DNA of 64,000 nt from a virus (Duplodnaviria; Caudoviricetes), in IMG/VR virus record IMGVR_UViG_2617271079_000001, positions 29,667-93,666 of that record; one strand, given 5' to 3'. How positions within the stretch are numbered: the stretch's first letter is position 1; each line of letters begins with the position of its first letter. The notes under the pieces were generated by a model that saw only the letters and a program-made list of their open reading frames with translations, searched no databases and had not been told where the DNA came from. A program made the position numbers and the translations under genes. Shown piece after piece: positions 35,174-44,296 of this stretch.

Positions 35174-35238
35174 CTTCATTTTATGAACTAAGCCTGAACA
35201 TTGAAATCCATATATAGGTAAAGGAAGGAGCAACCCTT

Positions 35239-35757
35239 ATGAAAGTCATGGAAGGGGAGGAGCTTGCTAGTGCGAGAAGGCGCAAAGGTATAACACAACA
35301 ACAACTATCGTTAAAGCTTCCGATTTCAAGAGAAAGCATTGCAAAGTACGAAACTGGGAGGCAACGCTTCCCTAAAGATTTGAGAGCTCTAACAGCAGAA
35401 GCTATCGACGATGAAGAATATTACTTCGTGCGGTGGAATGAATCAGCCGGGGATGTATCAATCCCATATCTAAACGGAGAATTCATTGAACATCATCCAA
35501 CAGCCATGATGCTCCTGGTCAAAAAAGAATCACTAGAAGCTCTGGATCATCTTGAAAAAGCATGTTGGTACAAGCCAGTTAGATCTCAAAGTGATACAGA
35601 GCGAGAGGATATGAGAAAGGTTGCATTTGAAGTATTAGATGCTGCAGCCAGTATGATCAACTTGGTCGCTCTGATATCCAAAGAATATCAATTCTCCATG
35701 ATACAGATTTTTAAACAATGGAGACTAACACTTAAGGCACGGAGGTTACAAAAATGA
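35239..35757 (+). CDS. Xre-family HTH protein (YqaG-like)
   Basis: ITQQQLSLKLPISRESIAKYETG. Confidence 0.8.
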   Translation: MKVMEGEELASARRRKGITQQQLSLKLPISRESIAKYETGRQRFPKDLRALTAEAIDDEEYYFVRWNESAGDVSIPYLNGEFIEHHPTAMMLLVKKESLEALDHLEKACWYKPVRSQSDTEREDMRKVAFEVLDAAASMINLVALISKEYQFSMIQIFKQWRLTLKARRLQK

Positions 35758-36002
35758 TTACCCAAACATTCAAGAAAGAAGATTTACGCAAGGCAGCTCA
35801 ACATCAAAGAGGTTCTTGGAATTCAATTCAGGCAATTGAGGAAAATATCCAACAAGGGAAATTTAAAGATGCAATGCTATCAACGGTGGATTTACTAAAC
35901 TCCATAAAAGAGCTTGATAGATTGGCGGAGAAAAAGGTAAAGCAGGATGAATTGCATCATATCACTCAAACATTTGTAAATGTCATGATGAACCGAAGCT
36001 AG
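35754..36002 (+). CDS. YqaH-like protein
   Basis: 82-aa helical protein; synteny with skin-type early regions. Confidence 0.5.
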   Translation: MITQTFKKEDLRKAAQHQRGSWNSIQAIEENIQQGKFKDAMLSTVDLLNSIKELDRLAEKKVKQDELHHITQTFVNVMMNRS

Positions 36003-36017
36003 GAAGGGGTGAAGGGT

Positions 36018-36155
36018 TTGAAAGTCAAAGCAGGTGAATGGTTAAAGCTTTCTTCATTTGAAAAAACAGCTTTACTTAGAAACAAAACAAAAAAAAGCAG
36101 CAAGCTAAGGCTGGTACCAAAGCTTACTGCGTCTCACTATTTTATGCGCAATTAG
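36018..36155 (+). CDS. Small basic early protein
   Basis: TTG start with GGGGTG RBS; MKVKAGEWLKLS...; not in ORF track. Confidence 0.45.
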   Translation: MKVKAGEWLKLSSFEKTALLRNKTKKSSKLRLVPKLTASHYFMRN

Positions 36156-36221
36156 GATTATATAACTTGATTCAATGTGAATGCAAATCTGAAGCACTAC
36201 AAATTTAAGGAGGTGAAGCAA

Positions 36222-36437
36222 ATGCTTGAACATCCAGATATTGCGAGAGTAGAGAAACATGGATATGCGAATATGGTTTCACAACCGGAACACAACGGAA
36301 TTGATTTTTTCGGGAATGAGATCTTGGTTGGAGATTCAATCGTAACTGATCCAGATAATGGTGAAGTCATCTTGGAAGAAAACCTAGAGGATTATTTGAT
36401 TGAAAAATGTAAGTTCCATTTCTCAATCGCAGAGTAA
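36222..36437 (+). CDS. YqaI-like protein
   Basis: EHPDI...GIDFFGNEILVGD...ENLEDYL; AAGGAGG RBS. Confidence 0.7.
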   Translation: MLEHPDIARVEKHGYANMVSQPEHNGIDFFGNEILVGDSIVTDPDNGEVILEENLEDYLIEKCKFHFSIAE

Positions 36438-36547
36438 AGACCTGTGCTGGCACACAGGTCTAGTTGGAAAGAGGGGTTGAATCCTCTTAAATGGAATTAA
36501 ATTTATTTTACTGCACATTGAAAACGAAATCAAATGGAGGGGAAAAA

Positions 36548-37489
36548 ATGGCATCTGTATTAGCTACTACAACAGATATGAAACGTAAAGAATGGCTGGA
36601 ATTGAGAAGAAAAGGAATTGGGGGATCGGATGCCTCAATCATCCTTGGACTTAACAAGTATAAAACACCTTTTGAATTATGGCTTGAGAAGACTGGCCAG
36701 ATAATTGTAGAAGAATCCTCGAGCGAAGCTGCCTATTTCGGGAATTTATTCGAGGATATGGTCGCAAAAGAGTTTGAGGTTCGAATGGGAAAGAAAGTAC
36801 GGAAACGGAATGCCATTCTGCAACACCCTGATCATTATTTTATTATCGCCAATATCGACCGTAAGGTGGTCGGAGAAGATGCTCTCCTGGAGTGCAAAAC
36901 AGCTAATCAGTTTCTACTGAAGGAATGGGAGAGTGAAGAGATACCGGAATCCTACTTGGTACAGGTACAACACTATTTAGGAGTACTTGGCTATCCAAAA
37001 GCGTACATTGCGGTACTCATTGGCGGAAACAAATTTATCTGCAAGGAAGTAGAACGTGACGAGGAATTGATCAACACCATTTTCGAAGCGGAAAAACACT
37101 TCTGGCAATACCATGTGATCGAAGGAAATCCACCTGCATTAGATGGATCGAGTGCTGCTGAAAAGTATTTGAAAGATAAATACTCATCTGCAGAAAAAGG
37201 AAAGACGGTTGAACTGAAGGGAAGCCACAAAGATCGAATCCTTCAATACTTCGATCTAAAGAAAACAATTAGTGAACTCGAAAAGCAAAAGAAACATATC
37301 CAACATGATCTGCAGCACGAACTCAAAGAGGCTGAATTAGGATTCTGCTCCAATTTCGAAGTAGCCTGGAAGTCTATAGAATCAAATAGAGTAGATTCAA
37401 AGCTATTAAAAGAGAAGTTTCCGAATATATATAAAGAAGTAACTAAAAAGAGTGCATATAGACGATTTGATATTAAGGAGGCTAAATAA
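36548..37489 (+). CDS. yqaJ: YqaJ-family viral recombinase exonuclease
   Basis: EWLELRRKGIGGSD, ANIDR, LECKT and YLVQVQHY motifs. Confidence 0.92.
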   Translation: MASVLATTTDMKRKEWLELRRKGIGGSDASIILGLNKYKTPFELWLEKTGQIIVEESSSEAAYFGNLFEDMVAKEFEVRMGKKVRKRNAILQHPDHYFIIANIDRKVVGEDALLECKTANQFLLKEWESEEIPESYLVQVQHYLGVLGYPKAYIAVLIGGNKFICKEVERDEELINTIFEAEKHFWQYHVIEGNPPALDGSSAAEKYLKDKYSSAEKGKTVELKGSHKDRILQYFDLKKTISELEKQKKHIQHDLQHELKEAELGFCSNFEVAWKSIESNRVDSKLLKEKFPNIYKEVTKKSAYRRFDIKEAK

Positions 37490-38334
37490 TGGCCACCAAT
37501 CAATCTCTTAAAACTCAACTGGCTAACAAGAATGGACAAGCTCCTTCTACACAAGGCTCCACTATGAAAGGGTTACTAGCGAGTCCTAGTGTTATTAAGC
37601 GCTTTGAAGAGGTATTAGGTAAACGAGCAACACAGTTTACCGCCTCGATCCTTAGCCTTTATAACAATGAAAAGATGCTACAAAAAGCTGAACCAATGTC
37701 GGTTATCTCATCAGCGATGATTGCAGCTACATTAGACCTTCCGGTAGATAAGAATCTAGGGTACGCCTGGATTGTCCCATATGGGGGCAAGGCGCAATTT
37801 CAACTTGGATATAAGGGTTATATTCAATTAGCCCTTAGAACCGGACAGTACCGGTATATAAACGTCACACCAATCCATGAAGGGGAGTTGAATAAATGGA
37901 ATCCCCTAACAGAGGAAATCGATATCGATTTTGAGCAAAGAGAATCAGAAGCCGTCATTGGGTACGCAGCTTATTTTGAATTACTGAATGGATTTAGAAA
38001 AACCGTCTACTGGACCCGAGAGCAAGTCGAGAAGCATCGGAAGAAGTTCAGTAAATCCGATTTTGGATGGAAGAATGACTGGGATGCCATGGCCATGAAA
38101 ACGGTACTGAAGAACCTCTTATCTAAATGGGGCATCCTTTCAGTCGAAATGCAGAAGGCTGTTATTGAAGATAATGAGGATCGTGAACTAAAAGATGTTA
38201 CTCCTGAAGAGGACGACAACACAATTGAATATGAGGTACAGGAAGGGCAAGCGAAAGAACCCCTAAAAGAATCTAAAGAGAAAAATGCCAAGAAAGAATC
38301 AGCCCAAGACACGATGGATATGAAGTTTGATTAA
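37489..38334 (+). CDS. recT: RecT single-strand annealing recombinase
   Basis: LGYAWIVPY, AQFQLGYKGYIQLALRTG and MAMKTV motifs. Confidence 0.93.
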   Translation: MATNQSLKTQLANKNGQAPSTQGSTMKGLLASPSVIKRFEEVLGKRATQFTASILSLYNNEKMLQKAEPMSVISSAMIAATLDLPVDKNLGYAWIVPYGGKAQFQLGYKGYIQLALRTGQYRYINVTPIHEGELNKWNPLTEEIDIDFEQRESEAVIGYAAYFELLNGFRKTVYWTREQVEKHRKKFSKSDFGWKNDWDAMAMKTVLKNLLSKWGILSVEMQKAVIEDNEDRELKDVTPEEDDNTIEYEVQEGQAKEPLKESKEKNAKKESAQDTMDMKFD

Positions 38335-38506
38335 CCAAGAAGTGCCTTACAAAGTCCTTCTTCCAAAATGGATTTGGGAGAAGGCTCAAAGTAAGGAAGA
38401 GTTGAAACGACATGTATTGGACTATATGAAGCAATATCCCCACTATCACGTAAAAGGTATTCAAGAGGGGAAAGCGATATGTGAAAGGAAGGAAGAGAAA
38501 TTATGA
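38327..38506 (+). CDS. 59-aa hypothetical phage protein
   Basis: MINQEVPYKVLLPKWIW...AICER; overlaps recT stop and next start; not in ORF track. Confidence 0.6.
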   Translation: MINQEVPYKVLLPKWIWEKAQSKEELKRHVLDYMKQYPHYHVKGIQEGKAICERKEEKL

Positions 38507-38766
38507 AAGCAACTGGAATCGTGAGGAAGATCGATGAATTAGGAAGAGTAGTTATTCCTAAGGAAATTAGAAGAACACAAGGGTTGAATAGTGGAACACC
38601 ATTAGAAATGTTTTTGGATCATGGTGGTATTGTCTTCAGACCTTATCAATCGGATGTAACGAAGAGCAATACGCTCACATGGTTAGAAAATGCTTTGTCA
38701 GACGCAACGAACCAAGAAGATAGGGAATCTATTTCAGCAGCAATTTCATACGTAAGACAAGCATAG
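38503..38766 (+). CDS. AbrB/SpoVT-family DNA-binding protein
   Basis: MKATGIVRKIDELGRVVIPKEIRR. Confidence 0.9.
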   Translation: MKATGIVRKIDELGRVVIPKEIRRTQGLNSGTPLEMFLDHGGIVFRPYQSDVTKSNTLTWLENALSDATNQEDRESISAAISYVRQA

Positions 38767-38776
38767 AGGTGATTGT

Positions 38777-39631
38777 TTGAATTATTTAAAAGAACTCAAA
38801 GCTTTTAAGGATTGGTTGCTACTGAACGATCTTAATACCAGCGCAATTGCGTTATGGCACACATTGATGGCTATAAACAATATGGCTGGCTGGAAAGAAC
38901 GATTCAATGCTCCCAACTCCATAGTAGAGAAATTGACTGGCCTTTCAAAGCAAGGGCTGGTCAATGCTCGAATAAAGCTTATCGAAAATGAACTGATTGA
39001 GTACGAAAAAGGCAAGAAGGGGAAGGCTCCCATCTATAAGGTAAAGTCATTGGTCAACTCAGTTGACCAATCGCTATACCAATCCGATACCCAATCCGTA
39101 TACCAATATGGATACCAATCCGATGACCAACAGTTGACCATACCTAAACATAAACAAAACAAAACGAAACTAAAAGAAGATGTAGTAGATGATGCACCTG
39201 CATCGCTCAATCCGTTTCAGTTTTACGAGCAAGAGGGGTTTGGAATCCTGGGTGGTTATATACCCCAAAAGATTGTGTCCTGGTGTGATGACCTCTGTGA
39301 GGAGTTAGTACTTGAAGCTATGAAGATTGCTGTAGAGCAAGGAACGAAAAAATGGGGCTACGTTGAGGCAATTCTTAAAAACTGGGCTCACAAGGGGATT
39401 AGGACATTGGAACAGTCTCGAGCTGAGCAACAGCAATTTAAAGAGCAGAGGACCAAGCGAACACCTTCGAGGAATGGTAAGGTCCGGCCAATTCGTACTG
39501 AGAGGTTGCCAGATTGGTTTGATGAGAATAAGACTTCCTCACAGAATCAACAAAGCGACTCTAGTGACTATGATTTTGAGAAAGAAAAGGCAAAGCTTGA
39601 AGCAGAGCTTTTAGCATTTAAAAGGGGGTAA
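38777..39631 (+). CDS. Replication initiator with DnaD-like domain
   Basis: N-terminal wHTH, internal iterons, NPFQFYEQ...YVEAILKNW DnaD motif. Confidence 0.88.
   Translation: MNYLKELKAFKDWLLLNDLNTSAIALWHTLMAINNMAGWKERFNAPNSIVEKLTGLSKQGLVNARIKLIENELIEYEKGKKGKAPIYKVKSLVNSVDQSLYQSDTQSVYQYGYQSDDQQLTIPKHKQNKTKLKEDVVDDAPASLNPFQFYEQEGFGILGGYIPQKIVSWCDDLCEELVLEAMKIAVEQGTKKWGYVEAILKNWAHKGIRTLEQSRAEQQQFKEQRTKRTPSRNGKVRPIRTERLPDWFDENKTSSQNQQSDSSDYDFEKEKAKLEAELLAFKRG
39048..39141 (+). repeat. Iterons of phage replication origin
   Basis: ~12-bp period ACCAAT repeats plus inverted repeat TTGGTCAACT-C-AGTTGACCAA; followed by an A-rich tract. Confidence 0.75.
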
Positions 39632-39635
39632 TGAA

Positions 39636-39839
39636 ATGGGTGTATTATACGATTCAATTAAGATTAGTCAGGAAACGAAGTCCCAGGGGATGATCAGTGA
39701 GCTCCTTACCTTAGGGGTTACTGAAACCAAGAGAGGGACAAGCATTTATGACCTGAATTATTATGATTTAAGGCAAGAATTAGCCATCGCTAAATTTAGA
39801 AACAGGAATGTTGAGAGTTCTGAGAATGGGTGGTTTTGA
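39636..39839 (+). CDS. Small hypothetical replication-region protein
   Basis: 67-aa ORF, coupled to neighbours. Confidence 0.6.
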   Translation: MGVLYDSIKISQETKSQGMISELLTLGVTETKRGTSIYDLNYYDLRQELAIAKFRNRNVESSENGWF

Positions 39840-39842
39840 GTA

Positions 39843-40265
39843 ATGAAGATGATTCAGTTTACGGTCTATGGAACTCCTGTAGCCCAGGGGAGGCCAAGGT
39901 TTAGTTCTCAAGGAGGATATACCAAGGCTTATGATCCTAAGAAATCTAAGGACTTTAAGAAGTATGTGAAGTTGGTTGCTGCAGAACATCGTCCGAAGAA
40001 CCTGTTTGATGGGCCAATTCAATTGTTTATCAGGATTTATAAACCAACGTTGAAGAACTTCAGCAAAAAGAAATTAGCCGCAGCTGAAGCTGGGGAGTTA
40101 AGGCCAGTGACAAAGCCAGACGTAGACAACTACGTGAAAGGAATCAAGGATGCTTGTAACAAAATCATCTGGAAGGATGATAGTCAGGTGGTTGAATTAT
40201 TAGCAAGCAAGTGGTATAGCGAGACACCTCGAATTGAGATCATGGTGGTGTCAATTGGAGAATAA
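39843..40265 (+). CDS. rusA: RusA Holliday junction resolvase
   Basis: PVAQGRPR, KPDVDNYVKGIKD and WKDDSQV motifs. Confidence 0.93.
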   Translation: MKMIQFTVYGTPVAQGRPRFSSQGGYTKAYDPKKSKDFKKYVKLVAAEHRPKNLFDGPIQLFIRIYKPTLKNFSKKKLAAAEAGELRPVTKPDVDNYVKGIKDACNKIIWKDDSQVVELLASKWYSETPRIEIMVVSIGE

Positions 40266-40339
40266 AAAAAAGGGAGAAACGACTATTAATATCGTTTCTC
40301 CTTAAATGAATTAGAAATTCTAAGATTCCTAAGTACTTA

Positions 40340-40492
40340 TTAATTGATGTAAGTATGCATTTGCTTTGAGTCAATCTTTTGTTGTAGTGCATCTTCAACC
40401 ATTCTTATGAAATCTAGGGAAGTTCCAACTCTCTTTGAATCAACTAAGATATCTTGAAGCGTTTCTTCTGATAATACAATTAATGAGTTCAA
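40340..40492 (-). CDS. Sda-like sporulation histidine-kinase inhibitor (50 aa)
   Basis: MNSLIVLSEETLQDILVDSKRVGTSLDFIRMVEDALQQK... aligns ungapped with the Sda pattern LSDELL...DFIELIE; RBS GGAAAGGGTGA; not in ORF track. Confidence 0.55.
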   Translation of the reverse strand: MNSLIVLSEETLQDILVDSKRVGTSLDFIRMVEDALQQKIDSKQMHTYIN

Positions 40493-40599
40493 AAAAATCA
40501 CCCTTTCCTACGGCTGTCGAAATAACTACTTAGGATTATTTTACTGCTATTTACAGAATAATGGAATAGGATAAGGTGATTTCTTTTGGGTTAAAAGCA

Positions 40600-40746
40600 C
40601 TATTTTATTTTTTTTATTTCTGATTTATGCACAAGCTCTATATTGGAAAAACCTTGAGCTATTTCAATGTATTCACTATCATAAATCCACAAGATGCTAT
40701 ATTCCTTGTCTTGGTATAAGACTTTATCTCTTAAGTTATATTCCAT
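40600..40746 (-). CDS. 48-aa small beta protein (SH3-like)
   Basis: MEYNLRDKVLYQDKEYSILWIYDSEYIEIAQGFSNIELVHKSEIKKIK; GAGGT RBS; not in ORF track. Confidence 0.5.
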   Translation of the reverse strand: MEYNLRDKVLYQDKEYSILWIYDSEYIEIAQGFSNIELVHKSEIKKIK

Positions 40747-40905
40747 GTTATACCTCACTGTTTTAGTGGGTATATAGTATCATATCCGGGGAAATGGAGA
40801 TTTATGGACTAGGCACAAATAGTGGTTTAGGAACTAGCGATATCTTGTAAATACTCTTAGATATAACTAGAAATATTAATATATGTATATTTGCTAGTTT
40901 CTAAA

Positions 40906-41052
40906 TTAATCCTTACTCGGATGCACTTTTTCACTGAGGGTTGTGATTTCTTTAATTATTTTTTCTTTATATATAGGACAGTTACATGACTTAAACTCTT
41001 TAAATAATGATCCTAGCTTTTTTATACATGTAAGAATTTCGTATTCTTTCAA
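40906..41052 (-). CDS. 48-aa small helical protein
   Basis: MKEYEILTCIKKLGSLFKEFKSCNCPIYKEKIIKEITTLSEKVHPSKD; GAGGGTGA RBS; not in ORF track. Confidence 0.45.
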   Translation of the reverse strand: MKEYEILTCIKKLGSLFKEFKSCNCPIYKEKIIKEITTLSEKVHPSKD

Positions 41053-41191
41053 TAGTTATCACCCTCAACCAGTATAAATGGAAGAGGAGTAAAGAGTAAA
41101 TTGTTTACAGGAAGTAAATGTATTCTGAATTAAATAAAAAAAGCCAGGATCTCTCCCGGCCAGCCAACTTAATTATAACATAGGAGGGGTT

Positions 41192-41398
41192 TTGGTGAGA
41201 TTATCAGATGTAGAAATTAACCCTAGTACTTTAAAACTAGAAATTGATATAATGGATAAAGAAGGAAGTTTTGCTGTGGTGGTGTGTGATGGGAGGGCGA
41301 AGGTTGCGGAGCTACCACTACATGGGGAGATGAATATAGTTACGCACCAGGGGAAAGTAAAACGAATTAGGTGGAATGAGGGAGAAGACTTCAAATGA
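41192..41398 (+). CDS. XtrA/YqaO-family protein
   Basis: VVCDGRAKVAELPLHGEMNIVTHQGKVKRI. Confidence 0.8.
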   Translation: MVRLSDVEINPSTLKLEIDIMDKEGSFAVVVCDGRAKVAELPLHGEMNIVTHQGKVKRIRWNEGEDFK

Positions 41399-41883
41399 AT
41401 CTTTTTATTTCAATAATTACCAATGTAGCTTTTTTATCTGTTTTTACTTTGCTTGTCAGAGAATTTTTTAAAAGAGGTTTACAGAAACAAAAAGGAGACC
41501 TTGATAAAGAGATAGAGAAACTTAAAGGAGAATTACAGTTAAAATTTGTAAGTGACCAAGAAAAACTGAACCAAAAAAGAGTGGTTTATATTAATCTTGT
41601 AGATTCAATGTCAGTATTTTTGGATAATCGAGTTAATCATGAAAAAAGAACTGAGTACGAGGAAAGTTTCTTAAAATCTTATGATACTGTTTGGTTATGG
41701 GGAAGTGATGAAGTAATAAAAGCTTTTTCAAGTTTTTTAAGTGCCTACCGGTGTCAAGCACCAATGGACGAAATTAAAATGAAATTTTCTAAGTGCGTAT
41801 TGGAAATGAGAAAAGATTTAGGGTATACGAGTGAGGGGCTAGATGAAAGTTTTTATGAATTCATTAGTTTTATTAAAAGGTGA
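41395..41883 (+). CDS. Membrane-anchored hypothetical protein
   Basis: N-terminal TM, coiled coil, LWGSDEVI...MRKDLG. Confidence 0.6.
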   Translation: MNLFISIITNVAFLSVFTLLVREFFKRGLQKQKGDLDKEIEKLKGELQLKFVSDQEKLNQKRVVYINLVDSMSVFLDNRVNHEKRTEYEESFLKSYDTVWLWGSDEVIKAFSSFLSAYRCQAPMDEIKMKFSKCVLEMRKDLGYTSEGLDESFYEFISFIKR

Positions 41884-41964
41884 AATTAGAATTAGTGTGC
41901 CGCGTTGTTAATGTTTGAAAGTGTCATTTGAAACAATACACTAGTTTAAAAGGGTGAGGGAGTT

Positions 41965-43245
41965 TTGAAGGCGATTAGTGAGGTAGTTAAAATAATTTTT
42001 GAAGATAAAGAAACAATAGGGTATTTAGTTATAAAAGAAAATGAGAGATTTTTAGAATTTTTAAATGAAGACCTAGGTGCAGACCACTCTATATTCGATG
42101 AAAAAACTTTAAAAGATTTTCATTGTAAACGTACCAATGGGATTACTGTTAGTTGTTTTAAATGCCGTTTGACAAGCACCACTAATGGAAACTTAATAAG
42201 ATTTAGAATTGGGGTTTATGTAGAAGATTATATTAAGGATTTTAAAAGTCTTAACTTTAAGAGTATTTCTTCTATCTTTCCTAAGCTGGATGCTTGGTTT
42301 GTAGGTGAAGGGGAAAATTTAAATTATTGTTCCGAAATATTTTATAAGAACCAAAATATTATAATTGAAGTTAGTCAGGGTCGCCAAACGCATCATCATT
42401 TACATGGTAGTTCTGACGAGACCTATTTAACTATATCTATGCAATCTGATGAAGATATAACTTTAGACTTTGCAAACGAATTATTTTATAAAATCTCAGT
42501 TGTTTTTTCTTTTTTATGCAATTCCTTTATTACTTATAGCCATAATTTATATGAAAATAATGAGGGTTTTCCAATTAAAATCCTTCAAAGTAATATGGTT
42601 GAAGAAAATATAATCAATTTTAGGAAACTTAACTACAGACCCAAAAAAGTACTGACCCATGAGGAGTTTAATGACATATTTATTAAGCCTTTAAGTTCTG
42701 GGATTTTTGATGTATGGATGAACTTTGTAGGTGTTTTAAGGTCTAAACCTTTAATTGAGGAGCAATTTTTAGTATATGCTCGGTGCTTAGAGATTATTTC
42801 TAGACATTATGTAGAAGGAGAAATATATACCAAGCAAGAAAGAAAAGCAAAGTCACAAGTGTATAATAATGTAATAAGTAATATGGCATTAAGCCAAGAG
42901 TATAAAGAAAATTTAAAAGAAGCATTTAAATTTAGCAATAAGAGAAGTTTTAAAATGGTACTGAACGATCTTATAGACAAATATCCTTTTAAAACTGAAT
43001 TAGACAACCTCGACACTGAAAATACTGTATTGGATTTAATTCGCAATATTGTAAATATACGTAATCATTTTACTCATGGATTACCCTATGACAAAATAAA
43101 TTATCAATCCTTATTCTTTTATAAGGAAATAACCCGAAAAATTGTAATCTCTATACTTTTAAATGAACATCGAATTTCAAATGAATCTTTAAAAATTGGA
43201 GAACTCATGGAAAAATACAAAAAAGTACCTAATGCTTTTTTATAA
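41965..43245 (+). CDS. ApeA-like HEPN-domain protein (putative anti-phage RNase)
   Basis: FLVYARCLE and IRNHFTH (RxxxxH); beta-rich N-terminal domain; low GC. Confidence 0.7.
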   Translation: MKAISEVVKIIFEDKETIGYLVIKENERFLEFLNEDLGADHSIFDEKTLKDFHCKRTNGITVSCFKCRLTSTTNGNLIRFRIGVYVEDYIKDFKSLNFKSISSIFPKLDAWFVGEGENLNYCSEIFYKNQNIIIEVSQGRQTHHHLHGSSDETYLTISMQSDEDITLDFANELFYKISVVFSFLCNSFITYSHNLYENNEGFPIKILQSNMVEENIINFRKLNYRPKKVLTHEEFNDIFIKPLSSGIFDVWMNFVGVLRSKPLIEEQFLVYARCLEIISRHYVEGEIYTKQERKAKSQVYNNVISNMALSQEYKENLKEAFKFSNKRSFKMVLNDLIDKYPFKTELDNLDTENTVLDLIRNIVNIRNHFTHGLPYDKINYQSLFFYKEITRKIVISILLNEHRISNESLKIGELMEKYKKVPNAFL

Positions 43246-43267
43246 AAAGTTCTACCAGTCAGCTGGA

Positions 43268-43325
43268 GGGCACTAATCAAAACACAGGTTAACTGTGTTT
43301 TGGTTGGTGTCCTTTTTATTTTTTA
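43268..43325 (+). terminator. 20-bp-stem terminator/attenuator before late activator
   Basis: GGGCACTAATCAAAACACAG/CTGTGTTTTGGTTGGTGTCC with three G-U pairs plus T-run. Confidence 0.65.
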
Positions 43326-43339
43326 AAAGAGGTGATTAT

Positions 43340-43840
43340 ATGGAAAGACTTCTTCTGAGCTATAAAGAAAATTTATCAAAAGCTAAAAGGATGGCTAAAG
43401 AAACTTCTGGTCGGGATAAATCACTTCTTGATGGAATGATAAGAGACCTGCAATTTGCGATTGAGTGGATGGAAACAGGAAGACAACCAGGTAATAAAAG
43501 AGGAGTAGAGAGGTTAGCTGCTTATCAAAGGGAAAGACCTTTTGATCCTTTGTTAATGCAAAGGTTTTTTAGAAGCCAAGAAGAGACTTATGCCTGGGAT
43601 AAATCAGAAAATGAAAGTGTTATTTCATCTGCAGAACAAGAAATGATTGATGATGCCTTGTCTGTTCTTACGACAAAAGAAAAAGAAGTTTACCTAATGT
43701 CCCGTGGACACTGTTTATCATATAGTCAAATTGCGAATTACTTATGTATCAGCTCAAGTAGTGTACAAACAATGATTGAACGTGCCGAAAAGAAAATTTC
43801 TAAAAGAAGATATAATAGTCTTTTTTGCCAAAGTAGTTGA
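43340..43840 (+). CDS. Sigma70 region-4 positive control factor (Xpf/YqaQ-like late activator)
   Basis: IEWMETGRQPGNKRG; LTTKEKEVYLM...SYSQIANYL..SSSSVQTMIERA. Confidence 0.85.
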   Translation: MERLLLSYKENLSKAKRMAKETSGRDKSLLDGMIRDLQFAIEWMETGRQPGNKRGVERLAAYQRERPFDPLLMQRFFRSQEETYAWDKSENESVISSAEQEMIDDALSVLTTKEKEVYLMSRGHCLSYSQIANYLCISSSSVQTMIERAEKKISKRRYNSLFCQSS

Positions 43841-43948
43841 ATTTGTCGTAATAATGCCATTAATCATTAGAGACAATAAAAAAATTAAACGGCATAGAGG
43901 AATTTACCTATTAATATGTAATATATAAAGTGAAGGGAGGAAGAAAAA

Positions 43949-44212
43949 ATGACTTATTTTGAAGATGAGGTTCCAAAAGATTTAGAATTAAATGGTGAAT
44001 ATTCATCTAGAGAGATTTATTTATTTATGATTGAAAATGATAAAGTTATGATTTTAAGTGATTCTGTCCATTTAGACTATAACGCCAGGGATATAATGTA
44101 TAGAGTTACCGATAAGAAACAAAATTTTATTCATAAAAAAGCTGAGAATAGCTATAGAACTCACATGATACCAAACAGAAAAACGAATATTTATGAAATA
44201 AGTAGAGTTTAG
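43949..44212 (+). CDS. Hypothetical moron protein
   Basis: 87 aa with GGGAGG RBS and downstream hairpin. Confidence 0.55.
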   Translation: MTYFEDEVPKDLELNGEYSSREIYLFMIENDKVMILSDSVHLDYNARDIMYRVTDKKQNFIHKKAENSYRTHMIPNRKTNIYEISRV

Positions 44213-44296
44213 AGGAAATCGGCATCTTTAAAAGATGCTTTTTCTTTTGTTCTAAACAATTTAATGTGATTTTTGGAGGTGGGCAGGTGATATGTA

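Noticed and set aside
39048-39141. CRISPR-like or VNTR repeat
   Set aside because: 12-bp period without unique spacers, inside the replication initiator; better explained as origin iterons.
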